From an uncultured Gammaproteobacteria bacterium (GTDB lineage: Bacteria > Pseudomonadota > Gammaproteobacteria > Xanthomonadales > SZUA-36): DNA of 64,000 bases. Below the pieces are notes generated by a model, which was not told the origin of the DNA, did no database searches, and saw only the letters and a list, made by a program, of their open reading frames with translations. Positions 10,101-18,437 of this stretch are shown in pieces. The translations under genes were made by a program, and so were the position numbers. The stretch spans positions 11,802 through 75,801 of the forward strand of contig CAVWBD010000011.1 of the NCBI GenBank assembly GCA_963753105.1, in the 5' to 3' direction. How positions within the stretch are numbered: the stretch's first letter is position 1; each line of letters starts with the position of its first letter.

Positions 10101-10467
10101 GACCGGACACGTTTTCACCGGTTCCGACCCACACGGTATCCGCGTTATTGGGGTCGATCGCGATGCAACCAATCGAGTAGGAAGACTGGTCATCGAAAAC
10201 GGTGGTCCAGGTCGTGCCACGGTTTTCTGTTTTCCATACACCGCCACTGCCCACACCGACGTACCAGGTGCTGCGGTCTGCGTGGCTGACTGCGATGTCT
10301 GCGATTCGTCCTGCGGTCATCGCGGGACCAACGCTGCGCCATTGGAGGCCCTTCAGGGTTTCTTCATTGAGCCCCGGGCTTTTTGATGTGTCTTCTTCTG
10401 CCACAGTAGCCGGTGGAATGAGAATAAAAACAACTAATAACAATATGATACGGTATAAAGCTGACAT
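7183..10467 (-). CDS. large secreted BNR/sortilin(VPS10)-type beta-propeller repeat protein
   Basis: 1094 aa with signal peptide. Many S-x-D-x-G-x-T-W (BNR/Asp-box) repeats, e.g. SIDGGKTWT, TTDGGKTWK, STDGGANWR, SLDGGESWE, SDNAGESWR. Confidence 0.85.
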   Translation of the reverse strand: MSALYRIILLLVVFILIPPATVAEEDTSKSPGLNEETLKGLQWRSVGPAMTAGRIADIAVSHADRSTWYVGVGSGGVWKTENRGTTWTTVFDDQSSYSIGCIAIDPNNADTVWVGTGENVSGRHVGYGDGIYKSIDGGKTWTNMGLKDSQHIGMIKVDPRDSNVVYVAAQGPLWSAGSERGLYKTTDGGKTWKLILSAGEYTGANEVHFDPRNPDVLYASLHQRFRNVAALMDGGPESGIFKSTDGGANWRELKNGVPAEDKGKIGLAVSPVNPDVVYATIELAQRTGGFWRSLDGGESWEKRSDEVYSGTGPHYYQEIFASPHDVDTVYQVAPTLYRTIDGGKNMLPVRNNYVHGDYHAVVFDANDPDYLMVGTDGGVYESFDGTEHWKYFANMPITQFYKVTVDYDEPFYNIYGGTQDNNTQGGPSRTDNVHGIRNSDWFVTVFADGHQSAADPTNPDIVYSEWQQGNLVRWDRTTGEVIYIQPQPAANEDADRFNWDAPILISPHDSRRLYFASQKVWRSDNRGDSWRAISGDLSFGQDRMKLPMMGRVWSFDSAWDLMAMSQYGTITSLSESPLVEGLLYAGTDDGRIHVSDNAGESWRDISRLPDVPDGYFVNDIKADLHDADTVYVVLDDHKSGDFSPYILKSTNRGKSWRSIAGNLPERHVVWRVVQDHVNPALMFAATEFGVFFTVGGNHWAELSGGMPTISFRDLAIQKRENDLVGASFGRSFYVLDDYSPLRELSAEKLASETMLFPVRDALWYVPRMPMGEFRTGSKASQGDEYFIADNPPFGAVITYYLPEPILTSKDQRREKEKEIEKQGGDTPYPGWDALANERAEEDPAVVLTIRDSQGTVVRMLEGPAKAGFHRVAWDLRYPDSSPWTDEPADDYIVFNGPLAAPGDYTVSLATRINGVLRDTGQQTGIKVKLMRQNALATASPEDVAAFNVRLDNLMRQASGAESAIKALLSELGAIKQTLLRSKAPVALRDKARALELEALDLQLQLAGDDVRDFAGDIGPVSVKRRVEVARFGTSFSTYGATPMHQEAMEIGEQKFAGIKTALDRVFGTDMPALREAMDEAGVPWTPGRGVPASN

Positions 10468-10553
10468 TATTTCTACCTTATTATAATGATTGGAAATGTA
10501 AGTGTGCAGACGGAACTATCCGAATCGTACACGACCTGTCATAAAAAGCCAGT

Positions 10554-11486
10554 TCAGGTATTGCCCACCAGCCGGTGGATTTCGCTTAGTGCCTTGTGAA
10601 CGCAACTTTCACCTTCCGCGATAGCTTCCGGGGCATGGTGGAATTCGAGCATACCGATGTGTGCCAGCCGGGGTGAAAGCACGACTTCCGCCGGGTCGCC
10701 AGCCAGCCGGCTGCGGGTGATACGGTCCTGGACAATATTGATCGCGTTAGTGATGGCGAAGAACAGCCTCGGTGCGTCTTCCGGCTTGTCGTGGTGGGCA
10801 AAGATCGAGTTGGAGTATTCGCGGGTCGACTGCTTCAGGTTTTGCAGCATGCTGGGGGATTCATCGGATTCGGGCTCGGGCGGCGCCACGACCCGTCTCG
10901 GGCTGTTTTTACCCACGATGTCCGAGTTCAGGTTGACCGCGATGACGATATCGGCGCCCAAAGCGCGGCAGGTGGTCACCGGTACCGGGTTGACCAGGCC
11001 ACCGTCGACCAGCCAGCGTTCTTCAACGTTGACCGATGGGTACAGCCCGGGCAGGGCCATGGATGCCCTGACGGCCTGGGCCAGTGCGCCTTCCCTGAAC
11101 CAGACTTCGCGGCCGTTATCGAGATCGGTGGCTACCGCCGCGTAAAGCTTCGGCAGATCTTCGATGTTGATCTCCGGGGCAGCGACATAGTTGTACAGGA
11201 AACGGTTAAAGCGGTCGGCATCAACCAGTCCGGCCTGGGAAAAGCGGATGTTGAAAAACTTCAGCACGTCCGTGCGGGTTGAGCCGAGCACCCATTCTTC
11301 CAGCTTTTCGAGGTTTCCGGCCAGGTAGCTGGCGCCGATCATGGCGCCGACCGAAGTGCCGCAGACGATGTCGGGCTCGATGCCTTCTTTTAACAGGGCT
11401 TTCAGGATGCCGATGTGGGACCAGCCACGTGATGCGCCACTGCCCAGCGCCAGGCCGATTTTTGGTAATCCGTGGCTTTCGTTCAC
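10554..11486 (-). CDS. patatin-like phospholipase (RssA-like)
   Basis: GLALGSGASRGWSHIG oxyanion motif, GTSVG nucleophile elbow (GxSxG), DGG catalytic Asp motif (LVDGGLVNPVP). Confidence 0.9.
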   Translation of the reverse strand: MNESHGLPKIGLALGSGASRGWSHIGILKALLKEGIEPDIVCGTSVGAMIGASYLAGNLEKLEEWVLGSTRTDVLKFFNIRFSQAGLVDADRFNRFLYNYVAAPEINIEDLPKLYAAVATDLDNGREVWFREGALAQAVRASMALPGLYPSVNVEERWLVDGGLVNPVPVTTCRALGADIVIAVNLNSDIVGKNSPRRVVAPPEPESDESPSMLQNLKQSTREYSNSIFAHHDKPEDAPRLFFAITNAINIVQDRITRSRLAGDPAEVVLSPRLAHIGMLEFHHAPEAIAEGESCVHKALSEIHRLVGNT

Positions 11487-11507
11487 AATAATGGGTCTCC
11501 GGTATTG

Positions 11508-11553
11508 GGGGTCAGGTTCATTTAAATCCGCGGATTTAAATGAACCTGACCCC
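11508..11553. repeat. GGGGTCAGGTTCA-type palindromic element, copy 1 (46-nt perfect palindrome)
   Basis: GGGGTCAGGTTCATTTAAATCCG/CGGATTTAAATGAACCTGACCCC, located between the stop of 11557..13656 and the start of 10554..11486. Confidence 0.85.
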
Positions 11554-11556
11554 TTT

Positions 11557-13656
11557 TTATTTCAAGTGGCTCCACAGATGCGTGTAGGCCAGCGCCAGGC
11601 GGTAGGCCAGCTGGTCATTGGTGCTGGAGCCTCCATGCCCGCCTTCCATATTCTCGTAATAATAGACCTGCTGGTCCATAGCTTTCAGCTTGGCCGCCAT
11701 TTTCCTGCCGTGCCCGGGGTGTACCCGGTCGTCGCGGGTTGAGCCAAAGAAGAATATTGGCGGGTAATCCGTGTCTTCCTGCAAATTATGATAGGGCGAG
11801 TACTGCTTGATGTAGGCCCATTCCTCCGGAACATCCGGATCGCCGAACTCGGCCATCCAACTGGCCCCGGCCAGCAGCTTGTGATAACGCTTCATGTCCA
11901 GTAAGGGCACACCACAGATCACCGCACCGTAAAGGTCCGGGCGGCGCGTCATGGCGGCGCCGACCAGCAGACCACCGTTGGACCTGCCCTCGATGCCGAG
12001 GTGTTTGGGCGAAGTGATTTTGCGTTTGAACAGGTCTTCCGCAACCGCTTCGAAATCCTCGTATGAGCGGATCTTGTTTTCCTTCAGGGCTGCCGCGTGC
12101 CAGGCAGGGCCGAATTCACCGCCACCACGGATATTGGCCAGCACGAACACACCGCCACGGTCCAGCCACAGCTTGCCATAGGCGCCATATAGCTGTTCAT
12201 ACGAGCCCGAGTAGGACGGAGTCAGCGCATTGCGAAAACCACCGTAGGAAAAAATGTGGGTGGGGTTGCTGCCGTCCCGCTTTGCGTCTTTGGACAGGAC
12301 CACGAAGTAGGGCACCCTGGTGCCATCAGCCGATGTCGCGAAATATTGCTCGGTCTGGTAGCGGCTGCCGTCAAATGTGGGTTGCTGGTTCTTGAGCTGT
12401 TGTGGTTGCCAGTCTTCGGCTGCCACGTAGTACAGGGCCGGTGGGCTGGTAAAAGACTCGAACTCGGCAAAGAAATTACTGCTCGCATCGTCGGCGCTAA
12501 TAATTTCGAGAGAACCATTGTCGGGGAAGTTGACCAGGCTGCGTTCCCAGCGGCCTTCCGGACCGGGGTTGTAACGGTAGATTTTGCCACGTACGTTTTC
12601 CAGCATGGTCACGAGGACCGTGTTATCGGTGGTCGCCACGGCCTCCACGACGGTTGAGTCATCCGGCTCGAACAGCACATCGATTACCCCGTTGCTATTG
12701 CCGCGCAATGCCGAAGTGTCGGCCACCAGTACAGCGCCCTGGCGGTAGGTCACATCCCCACGTACCCAGTCCTCTTTCATTGAGACGATCAAGCGGCCCT
12801 GGAATGCGCCATTGACGACTGCCGTCAGGGGTAAATCAAGTTTCTGTTTTTCCCCGTCAATCAACTGGTAGCGTTCTGAAGTCCAGAATGTTTTGCCTTC
12901 AAGCACCATGTCAATGTCATCACCGGCGGAGCGCATACGGAATCCATAGGACCAGAGTGAGGAAACCTGGCCTTCATGAATGAGCTCTGCGTCAGTCAAT
13001 GGCGTACCACGTTTCCAGCGCTTGATTATTCTTGGATAACCGGAGTCGGTCATCGAGCCTTCACCAAAGTTGGTGGAGACAAACACCGTGTTTGCATCTA
13101 TCCAGTTAGTGTTGCCCTTGGACAGCGGGAGGTAAAATCCCCCGTCGACAAATGTTTTTTCGGCAGAATTGAATTCGCGGATAACGACCGCGTCACCGCC
13201 ACCGGGCGATAAGCGGACCAGGCAGTGTTCAGGGTGTTTTGGCAGACAATCCATACCTTTGAACGCCCACTGCTTGTTCTCTTCGGTGCTCAAAGCGTCA
13301 ATATCGATAACGATTTCCCATGCGGGCTCGTCCTTGGAGAATTCCTCCAGCGTGGTACGCCGGAAAATACCACGCGGGTGTTCTTCGTCCTTCCAGGTGT
13401 TGTATAGCCAGCCTTCTTCCTGGTAGACATCGGGTAACCGGGAAGTTGAGTTCAGCGCTGCCTTGGCCTGGGCGTACAGTTCATCGAATATCGGCCTGGA
13501 TTCCAATCGCTCGGCAGTGGATTTGTTTTCCGCCCGCACCCATTCCAGGGCTTTTTCACCGTCAATGTCTTCGAGCCATAAATAGGGGTCCTCGCCGGCC
13601 CAGGATGAGGACATGGTCACAGCAGCTGTCAGTAAAACGAGGCAGATTAAGCGCAT
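11557..13656 (-). CDS. prolyl oligopeptidase family serine peptidase (S9A)
   Basis: 699 aa with signal peptide. DPYLWLEDIDGEKALEWV N-terminal POP motif, beta-propeller, then GRSNGGLL nucleophile motif and C-terminal DDRV...GHG. Confidence 0.9.
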   Translation of the reverse strand: MRLICLVLLTAAVTMSSSWAGEDPYLWLEDIDGEKALEWVRAENKSTAERLESRPIFDELYAQAKAALNSTSRLPDVYQEEGWLYNTWKDEEHPRGIFRRTTLEEFSKDEPAWEIVIDIDALSTEENKQWAFKGMDCLPKHPEHCLVRLSPGGGDAVVIREFNSAEKTFVDGGFYLPLSKGNTNWIDANTVFVSTNFGEGSMTDSGYPRIIKRWKRGTPLTDAELIHEGQVSSLWSYGFRMRSAGDDIDMVLEGKTFWTSERYQLIDGEKQKLDLPLTAVVNGAFQGRLIVSMKEDWVRGDVTYRQGAVLVADTSALRGNSNGVIDVLFEPDDSTVVEAVATTDNTVLVTMLENVRGKIYRYNPGPEGRWERSLVNFPDNGSLEIISADDASSNFFAEFESFTSPPALYYVAAEDWQPQQLKNQQPTFDGSRYQTEQYFATSADGTRVPYFVVLSKDAKRDGSNPTHIFSYGGFRNALTPSYSGSYEQLYGAYGKLWLDRGGVFVLANIRGGGEFGPAWHAAALKENKIRSYEDFEAVAEDLFKRKITSPKHLGIEGRSNGGLLVGAAMTRRPDLYGAVICGVPLLDMKRYHKLLAGASWMAEFGDPDVPEEWAYIKQYSPYHNLQEDTDYPPIFFFGSTRDDRVHPGHGRKMAAKLKAMDQQVYYYENMEGGHGGSSTNDQLAYRLALAYTHLWSHLK

Positions 13657-13701
13657 TTTGGTGTCCTTTTATTGTTTTACGGGATTTTAACCCGTTGAAA
13701 A

Positions 13702-13744
13702 GGGGTCGGATTCAACTAAATTAGTAATCTATTGAACCTGACCC
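13702..13744. repeat. GGGGTCAGGTTCA-type palindromic element, copy 2 (degenerate left arm)
   Basis: GGGGTCGGATTCAA...17 nt...TTGAACCTGACCC, between the SelO stop and the POP start. Confidence 0.7.
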
Positions 13745-13773
13745 GTTTCCTGAAGTGCCAAAAGACAGGGGAT

Positions 13774-15261
13774 TCAGGTACCGCAAAAGGTCTGCCTGAC
13801 TTCCTGTCCGGGTAGCGGTGGTTTGGCGTAGTATTCGAGCGCCTGGTCGAAGCTGCACGGTTGGGCGAGTACGTCAACGAGTTGGTGGAAAGGTGCAAAT
13901 TCGCCGTTGGTCTCGGCGGCCACGATGGTTTCCTCCACCAGGTGGTTGCGTGGAATGAACACCGGGTTGGCGACAATCATGTCTTTTAGCCGGGTAGCGA
14001 CGTCATTCGCATCCCGGGAAAAGCGTGTCCGCCAACGCTGCAGCCAGGGGTCAAAGGCCGGGTCCAATTCGAAAAACGTGCCGATACTGCTTGCGGGATC
14101 TCCGTTTGGCCCGGCCAGCTCAACCAGCTGTCGGAAGGTCAGTGTGAAATCGCTGCCGTGCTGCTGCATCAGCTCAATCAGGTCCTGGACCAGTGACAGG
14201 TCACCGGGCTCTTCGCCGGTCAAGCCAAGTTTTTTATACATGCCTTCACGGTAGGCAGCCTGTACCAGGCCCGGGAATACATTGATGATCGCCTGGCCCT
14301 TATTGATTGCCTGTTCCTGGTCATCATCCAGCAACGGTAACAAGGCCTGGACCAGCCGGGCCAGGTTCCAGTGCGCGATGTGCGCCTGGTTGCGGTAGGC
14401 ATAACGCCCACCCTGATCAATGGAACTGAATACTGCGTCGTTGTCGAAGCCGTCCATGAATGCGCAAGGGCCGTAATCGATGGTCTCGCCCGACAACAGC
14501 ATATTGTCCGTGTTCATGACGCCGTGGATGAAGCCCAGTAATTGCCACTGCGCAATGAGATTTGCCTGGCGTTGCACGACGCCTGCCAACATCGTCTGCA
14601 GCGGATCATCGGCCCCGGCGGCCTCCGGGTAGTGGCGTTGGATGACGTGTTCAGCCAGTATTTGCAGGGCTCCCTGATCTCCCTTCGACGCAAAAAACTG
14701 GAAGGTGCCGATTCGGATATGGCTTTGTGCCACGCGCGCCAGCACTGCGCCCGGCAAACGGCTTTCGCGGATGACGTGTTGCCCGGTAGTCACCGCACCC
14801 AGGGCGCGGGTTGTCGGTACACCCAGTGCGGCCATGGCCTCCGAGACGATGTACTCACGCAGCACCGGGCCAAGCGGTGCACGGCCGTCACCTCCACGTG
14901 AATAAGGTGTGCGTCCGGAACCCTTTAACTGGATGTCATGGCGCACCCCGTCGGCCGCAATGACTTCACCCATCAATATGGCCCGGCCATCACCCAACTG
15001 TGGAACCCAGCCGCCGAACTGGTGGCCGGCGTATACCGTGGCGATCGGGTTGGCGTTGCCGGGTATGAAATTCCCGGCGATAAACCCGATACCTGTCTCA
15101 GACTCCAGCCAGTCCGGATCAATACCCAGGTAGCTGGCCAGGACGCGATTCACCCGGATCAGGCCGGGGGCTGGCGCCGGCTCCGGGAGTTGCCTCGTAT
15201 AGAACCGCTCACCGAGCCGTGCGTAAGAGTTGTCGAATGGCAGTTCGATCGTGAGGTTCAA
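13774..15261 (-). CDS. selO: protein adenylyltransferase SelO (YdiU/UPF0061 family)
   Basis: 495 aa. N-terminus ...FDNSYARLGERFYTRQLPEP..., then YAGHQFGGWVPQLGDGRAILMGEV, GSGRTPYSRGGDGRA and MNTDNMLLSGETIDYGPCAFMD are characteristic of SelO. TTG start overlaps the upstream gene's stop (TTGA). Confidence 0.9.
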   Translation of the reverse strand: MNLTIELPFDNSYARLGERFYTRQLPEPAPAPGLIRVNRVLASYLGIDPDWLESETGIGFIAGNFIPGNANPIATVYAGHQFGGWVPQLGDGRAILMGEVIAADGVRHDIQLKGSGRTPYSRGGDGRAPLGPVLREYIVSEAMAALGVPTTRALGAVTTGQHVIRESRLPGAVLARVAQSHIRIGTFQFFASKGDQGALQILAEHVIQRHYPEAAGADDPLQTMLAGVVQRQANLIAQWQLLGFIHGVMNTDNMLLSGETIDYGPCAFMDGFDNDAVFSSIDQGGRYAYRNQAHIAHWNLARLVQALLPLLDDDQEQAINKGQAIINVFPGLVQAAYREGMYKKLGLTGEEPGDLSLVQDLIELMQQHGSDFTLTFRQLVELAGPNGDPASSIGTFFELDPAFDPWLQRWRTRFSRDANDVATRLKDMIVANPVFIPRNHLVEETIVAAETNGEFAPFHQLVDVLAQPCSFDQALEYYAKPPLPGQEVRQTFCGT

Positions 15262-15728
15262 ATGTCACCCGCTACCCTGCAACGGATAATGGTCGTCGCC
15301 TTCATGGTCATCACAAGGACTTCCTCCTGGTTGAACGTCTCGATCAGGGTATGCACGAATCCCCGGTCGGGTTTACTGTTTGAGCGCCGGGTGTCCCTGA
15401 TACCGACACGCACGGACAGCTGGTCTCGGGGGCGCACCGGGGCCAGCCAGCGAAGCTCGTCTACCCCGGGAGAGCCGAGGCTGGACGCGTTGTCCAGGAA
15501 CCGTTTGACCATTGCGCCCATGACCAGTGAGGCCGTGTGCCAGCCACTGGCGATCAAGCCGCCGTACGGTCCAGCTGATGCTTTTTCTGGGTCGATATGG
15601 AAGTACTGCGGATCATACTTTTGTGCAAAGTCGATAATGTCTTCCTCGGTAACAAATATGGGGCCCACCTCCTGTGTCGAGTTGGCAACGTAGTCTTCAA
15701 AATATCTCGCTGAGACAGTTTCTGTCAT
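15258..15728 (-). CDS. MaoC-like (R)-hydratase/dehydratase domain protein
   Basis: Hot-dog fold sequence (FAQKYDPQYFHIDPEKA...GLIASGWHTASL). Start set at MTETVSARYF because the upstream ORF-track extension (MNLTHFF...) is made of a palindromic repeat. Confidence 0.8.
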   Translation of the reverse strand: MTETVSARYFEDYVANSTQEVGPIFVTEEDIIDFAQKYDPQYFHIDPEKASAGPYGGLIASGWHTASLVMGAMVKRFLDNASSLGSPGVDELRWLAPVRPRDQLSVRVGIRDTRRSNSKPDRGFVHTLIETFNQEEVLVMTMKATTIIRCRVAGDI

Positions 15729-15777
15729 CACTGAACCTGGTTTATGCAAAGTGTGGTGGAGGATAGCGAAAAAATGA

Positions 15778-15810
15778 GTCAGGTTCATTCAGTTTCTGAA
15801 TGAACCTGAC
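15778..15810. repeat. GGGGTCAGGTTCA-type palindromic element, copy 3
   Basis: GTCAGGTTCATTCAG-TTT-CTGAATGAACCTGAC(CCC), in the divergent region between the MaoC-like and DksA/TraR-like genes. Confidence 0.8.
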
Positions 15811-15859
15811 CCCATTTTGTTAAAGTATGGGTGTAACAGCTATTGTAACGGAGTGATAC

Positions 15860-16126
15860 ATGGCCGGAGGATTTGCCAAAGACGGCGCGGTCCAGGACCA
15901 GATAGACGCCACCATCGAGGACGCCGTCAGCCGGGCGCGCAGCAACCTGCCGAAGGGTGAAAGCCTGCGTAACTGCGGGGAATGTGGCGCGAAAATCCCC
16001 GCTGCCCGCCGCGAGGCCGTTCCCGGTGTGCGCCTGTGTGTCAACTGCCAGGCAGAACACGATAAGCAGCAGGCCGCTGTCAGTGGTTATAACCGCCGGG
16101 GCAGCAAGGACAGCCAGTTGAGATGA
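15860..16126 (+). CDS. DksA/TraR family C4-type zinc-finger protein
   Basis: 88 aa with CGECGAKIPAARREAVPGVRLCVNC (CxxC-17-CxxC), typical of TraR/DksA. Confidence 0.8.
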   Translation: MAGGFAKDGAVQDQIDATIEDAVSRARSNLPKGESLRNCGECGAKIPAARREAVPGVRLCVNCQAEHDKQQAAVSGYNRRGSKDSQLR

Positions 16127-16170
16127 TGGGCCTGTGAACACTTACTGACTCAAAGTCGTTGCAGCCCTAG

Positions 16171-16682
16171 ATGATACGCACGGAACTGGAAACTGACAGG
16201 CTGAAGCTGCGGTTATTCACATCCGACGATGTGCAAATCACCTATGAACTGGGTACGGACCCGGAAATTATCAGGTACGCCGAGTCCGAGCCTCTGAAGA
16301 ATCTCGAGGAAGCCCGGCAGCGTCTCAAGGATGGCCCCTGGCCGACTATGAAAAGTACGGCTACGGACGTTTTGCAGTCGAGTTCAAGGAGACAGGCAAG
16401 GTTATCGGTTTTTGCGGGATCAAGCATATAGAGGAAATTGACTTGCCGGAAATCGGCTACCGTTATTGACAAGATATTGGGGCCAGGGGGATCGGTACCG
16501 AGGCCGCACAAGCCTGCGTCGAGTTCGCCCGGGATGACCTGGGAATTGAGAAGGCTGGTCGCATTGATAATTCCCGAGAACATCGGCCTCGATCAGGGTC
16601 GCCGAAAAATTGGGTATGAGCCGGGGTCCATTGATACATATATTATGACGTGGATGCCTACCAGTACGAGATGATGCTCTGA
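16171..16682 (+). pseudogene. GNAT N-acetyltransferase (RimJ/RimL-like) disrupted by multiple frame changes
   Basis: Recognisable GNAT peptide segments lie in different frames. In order: MIRTELETDRLKLRLFTSDD...RQRLKD, PLADYEKYGYGRFAVEFKETGKVIGFCGIKHIEEIDLPEIGYR, LLTRYWGQG, IGTEAAQACVEFARDDLGIEK, LVALIIPENI, ASIRVAEKLGMSRGPLIHI, YYDVDAYQYEMML*. Confidence 0.7.
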
Positions 16683-16779
16683 GGACCGTCCGGTGTCTTA
16701 TAAAAGGATATGGACACCAGGATGAACCAACCCCTGGCCGGGGTTGGCCATCCCTTGACTTCAGAACCCTGAAAGGGTG

Positions 16780-17151
16780 TCAGCCTTCTCCGCCGCCCTC
16801 TTTCTTGGGCAAATCCTTGACAGCTTCCTCTGCGGCATCAACCGCTTCTTCGGCAGCTTCGACGGTGGTGTCGTATGCGTCTTCTAGGGCTTCGCCCGCA
16901 TCTTCGGCCATATCCATCGTGGCGTCGTAAGCGTCCCCGGCCATTTCCGCGGTGGCATCATAAGCGTCCTCGATAGCGTCACCGGCGTCCTCGGCCATGT
17001 CCTCGGTAGCCTCGGCTACTTCAGAGCCCGCTTCCTGCATACTTTCAGCCGCGCTCGCGGCCTGGTCCGTTGTGGCTTCTTCTTTTTGGCAGGCGCCCAA
17101 GACAACCGCCAAACAAATCAACAGCAGGTAAAAAAGTTTCTGGTATTTCAT
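16780..17151 (-). CDS. acidic repeat lipoprotein
   Basis: Lipobox LGAC after the signal peptide (MKYQKLFYLLLICLAVVLGAC). The body is D/E/A-rich with repeats (M)AEDAG.A.EDAYD(A/T)T. Start set at MKYQ. Confidence 0.7.
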   Translation of the reverse strand: MKYQKLFYLLLICLAVVLGACQKEEATTDQAASAAESMQEAGSEVAEATEDMAEDAGDAIEDAYDATAEMAGDAYDATMDMAEDAGEALEDAYDTTVEAAEEAVDAAEEAVKDLPKKEGGGEG

Positions 17152-17319
17152 ATTGAACTCCTTCGCACCGCTCAATGTTGTATGAGCGTTTGGAAAGTAC
17201 AGCACCGTGGCTGCCGAATTGCAAGCAAATCCGTTAATGGGTGCAATTGCGTTCAGGCAGGGACAGATTCGGGTTATACTTATTATGAAGATTCAACCAT
17301 GTAATCGAGAGGACAGTAA

Positions 17320-17511
17320 ATGGCAACTTATGAATGTAAAGTCTGTGGAATGAGCGTCAACGCAACCTGCGGCAAGTGCGATGCGCCGCTGGAGAACGGA
17401 ACGCTCAAGATCGATGAAAACACCGAGGTGCAGATCTCCGAGTGCCCGAACGGCCATGGCAAGATCAAGTCACCGCTGTGCTGCGGCCAGGATATGACCT
17501 GCTCGCTGTAA
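17320..17511 (+). CDS. small cysteine-rich (zinc-ribbon/rubredoxin-like) metal-binding protein
   Basis: 63 aa with 9 Cys (CKVCG...CGKC...C...H...CC...C). Followed by a strong intrinsic terminator. Confidence 0.65.
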   Translation: MATYECKVCGMSVNATCGKCDAPLENGTLKIDENTEVQISECPNGHGKIKSPLCCGQDMTCSL

Positions 17512-17530
17512 TAACGGAAAACAGATAGTA

Positions 17531-17563
17531 AAAATGGTGACTGTTTGCAGTCGCCATTTTTTT
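17531..17563 (+). terminator. rho-independent terminator
   Basis: AAAATGGTGACTG-TTTG-CAGTCGCCATTTT hairpin followed by a T-run, 20 nt after the stop at 17511. Confidence 0.75.
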
Positions 17564-17805
17564 GTCACGGAAATGTACTCGAGGCAGTTGAGGATTGTCG
17601 CAGTGACGCTTACCTGGTTCTAGAAACCAGCCACGGTCGCCAATCACCAATCTACTCTGGCACTTTACTCTAACCCCATGTGCGATGGCCGGGCTTAATA
17701 TTTGCCGTGAATTACTGTTCAATACTTTGGGTTGTCTGGAACTATTGCGTTTAAATCACTTACACTCCAAGGCTTAACCATCTGACCATACTACGGGAGC
17801 AATCG

Positions 17806-18234
17806 ATGTACCGACTGATCTACAAGAGCCGATGTAACGGCGAAATCACCTGGGAGTTGATCAAATCGATCCTGCACGAGAGCGAACGTCTGAACACTGA
17901 GCGTGAGATAACCGGCGTGTTACTGGCCAGTTCCAGCCATTTCTTGCAGGTTATCGAGGGCAGCTTCGAGAGCGTCAACGAGACTTTTATACCCATTATC
18001 CAAGATTCCCGCCACCGGGATATCCGCTTGCTCGGGTTTCAATGCGTGGACGCGCGACTTTTCGATGGCTGGGGCATGCGCGGGATCGGAGTGTTTGACT
18101 TCAATCAAGAACTATCCCAGAAACTGATCCTTAAGTACGGCGAAGAGGAAGGGGGAGTGCACTTTCCGCTGGAGGAATGGAAGGCCTTGGCCCTGATCAA
18201 CGATATCCGCATGATGCAAAAGCTACCAGACTGA
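17806..18234 (+). CDS. short BLUF-domain blue-light FAD photoreceptor
   Basis: MYRLIYKS...ITGVLL...FLQVIEG....V..TF..I..D.RH is the canonical BLUF pattern. 142 aa with no output domain. Confidence 0.85.
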   Translation: MYRLIYKSRCNGEITWELIKSILHESERLNTEREITGVLLASSSHFLQVIEGSFESVNETFIPIIQDSRHRDIRLLGFQCVDARLFDGWGMRGIGVFDFNQELSQKLILKYGEEEGGVHFPLEEWKALALINDIRMMQKLPD

Positions 18235-18390
18235 AAGCGTTGAGTGGCGGCTATTTTAACTGTGCGCTGATAGTCACTACCATTCCAATGATCTCCTTTG
18301 TTTTTTTGTTTCACACTAACGTCTGTCTAATAAAGACGTTGTTCAACACGGCATGAGGTGCCGTAATTGACCGTGTGTTGCCCTACAGGA

Positions 18391-18437
18391 ATTACAAATT
18401 CATGCCATTTGAGTGACGGCTTAGATTCGCATAGCAG
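18391..18437. repeat. dispersed intergenic repeat, copy B (core GCCATTTGAGTGACGGCTTAGATTCGCATAGCAG)
   Basis: See copy A at 3397..3446. A partial inverted copy (AAGCCGTCATTAAAATG) lies at 18526..18542. Confidence 0.6.

Noticed and set aside
7540-10386. Several 190-270 aa + strand ORFs (7540..8130, 8845..9660, 9802..10386) inside the BNR-repeat gene
   Set aside because: They are all antisense to a continuous 1094-aa ORF with repeated Asp-box motifs, so they are shadow ORFs.
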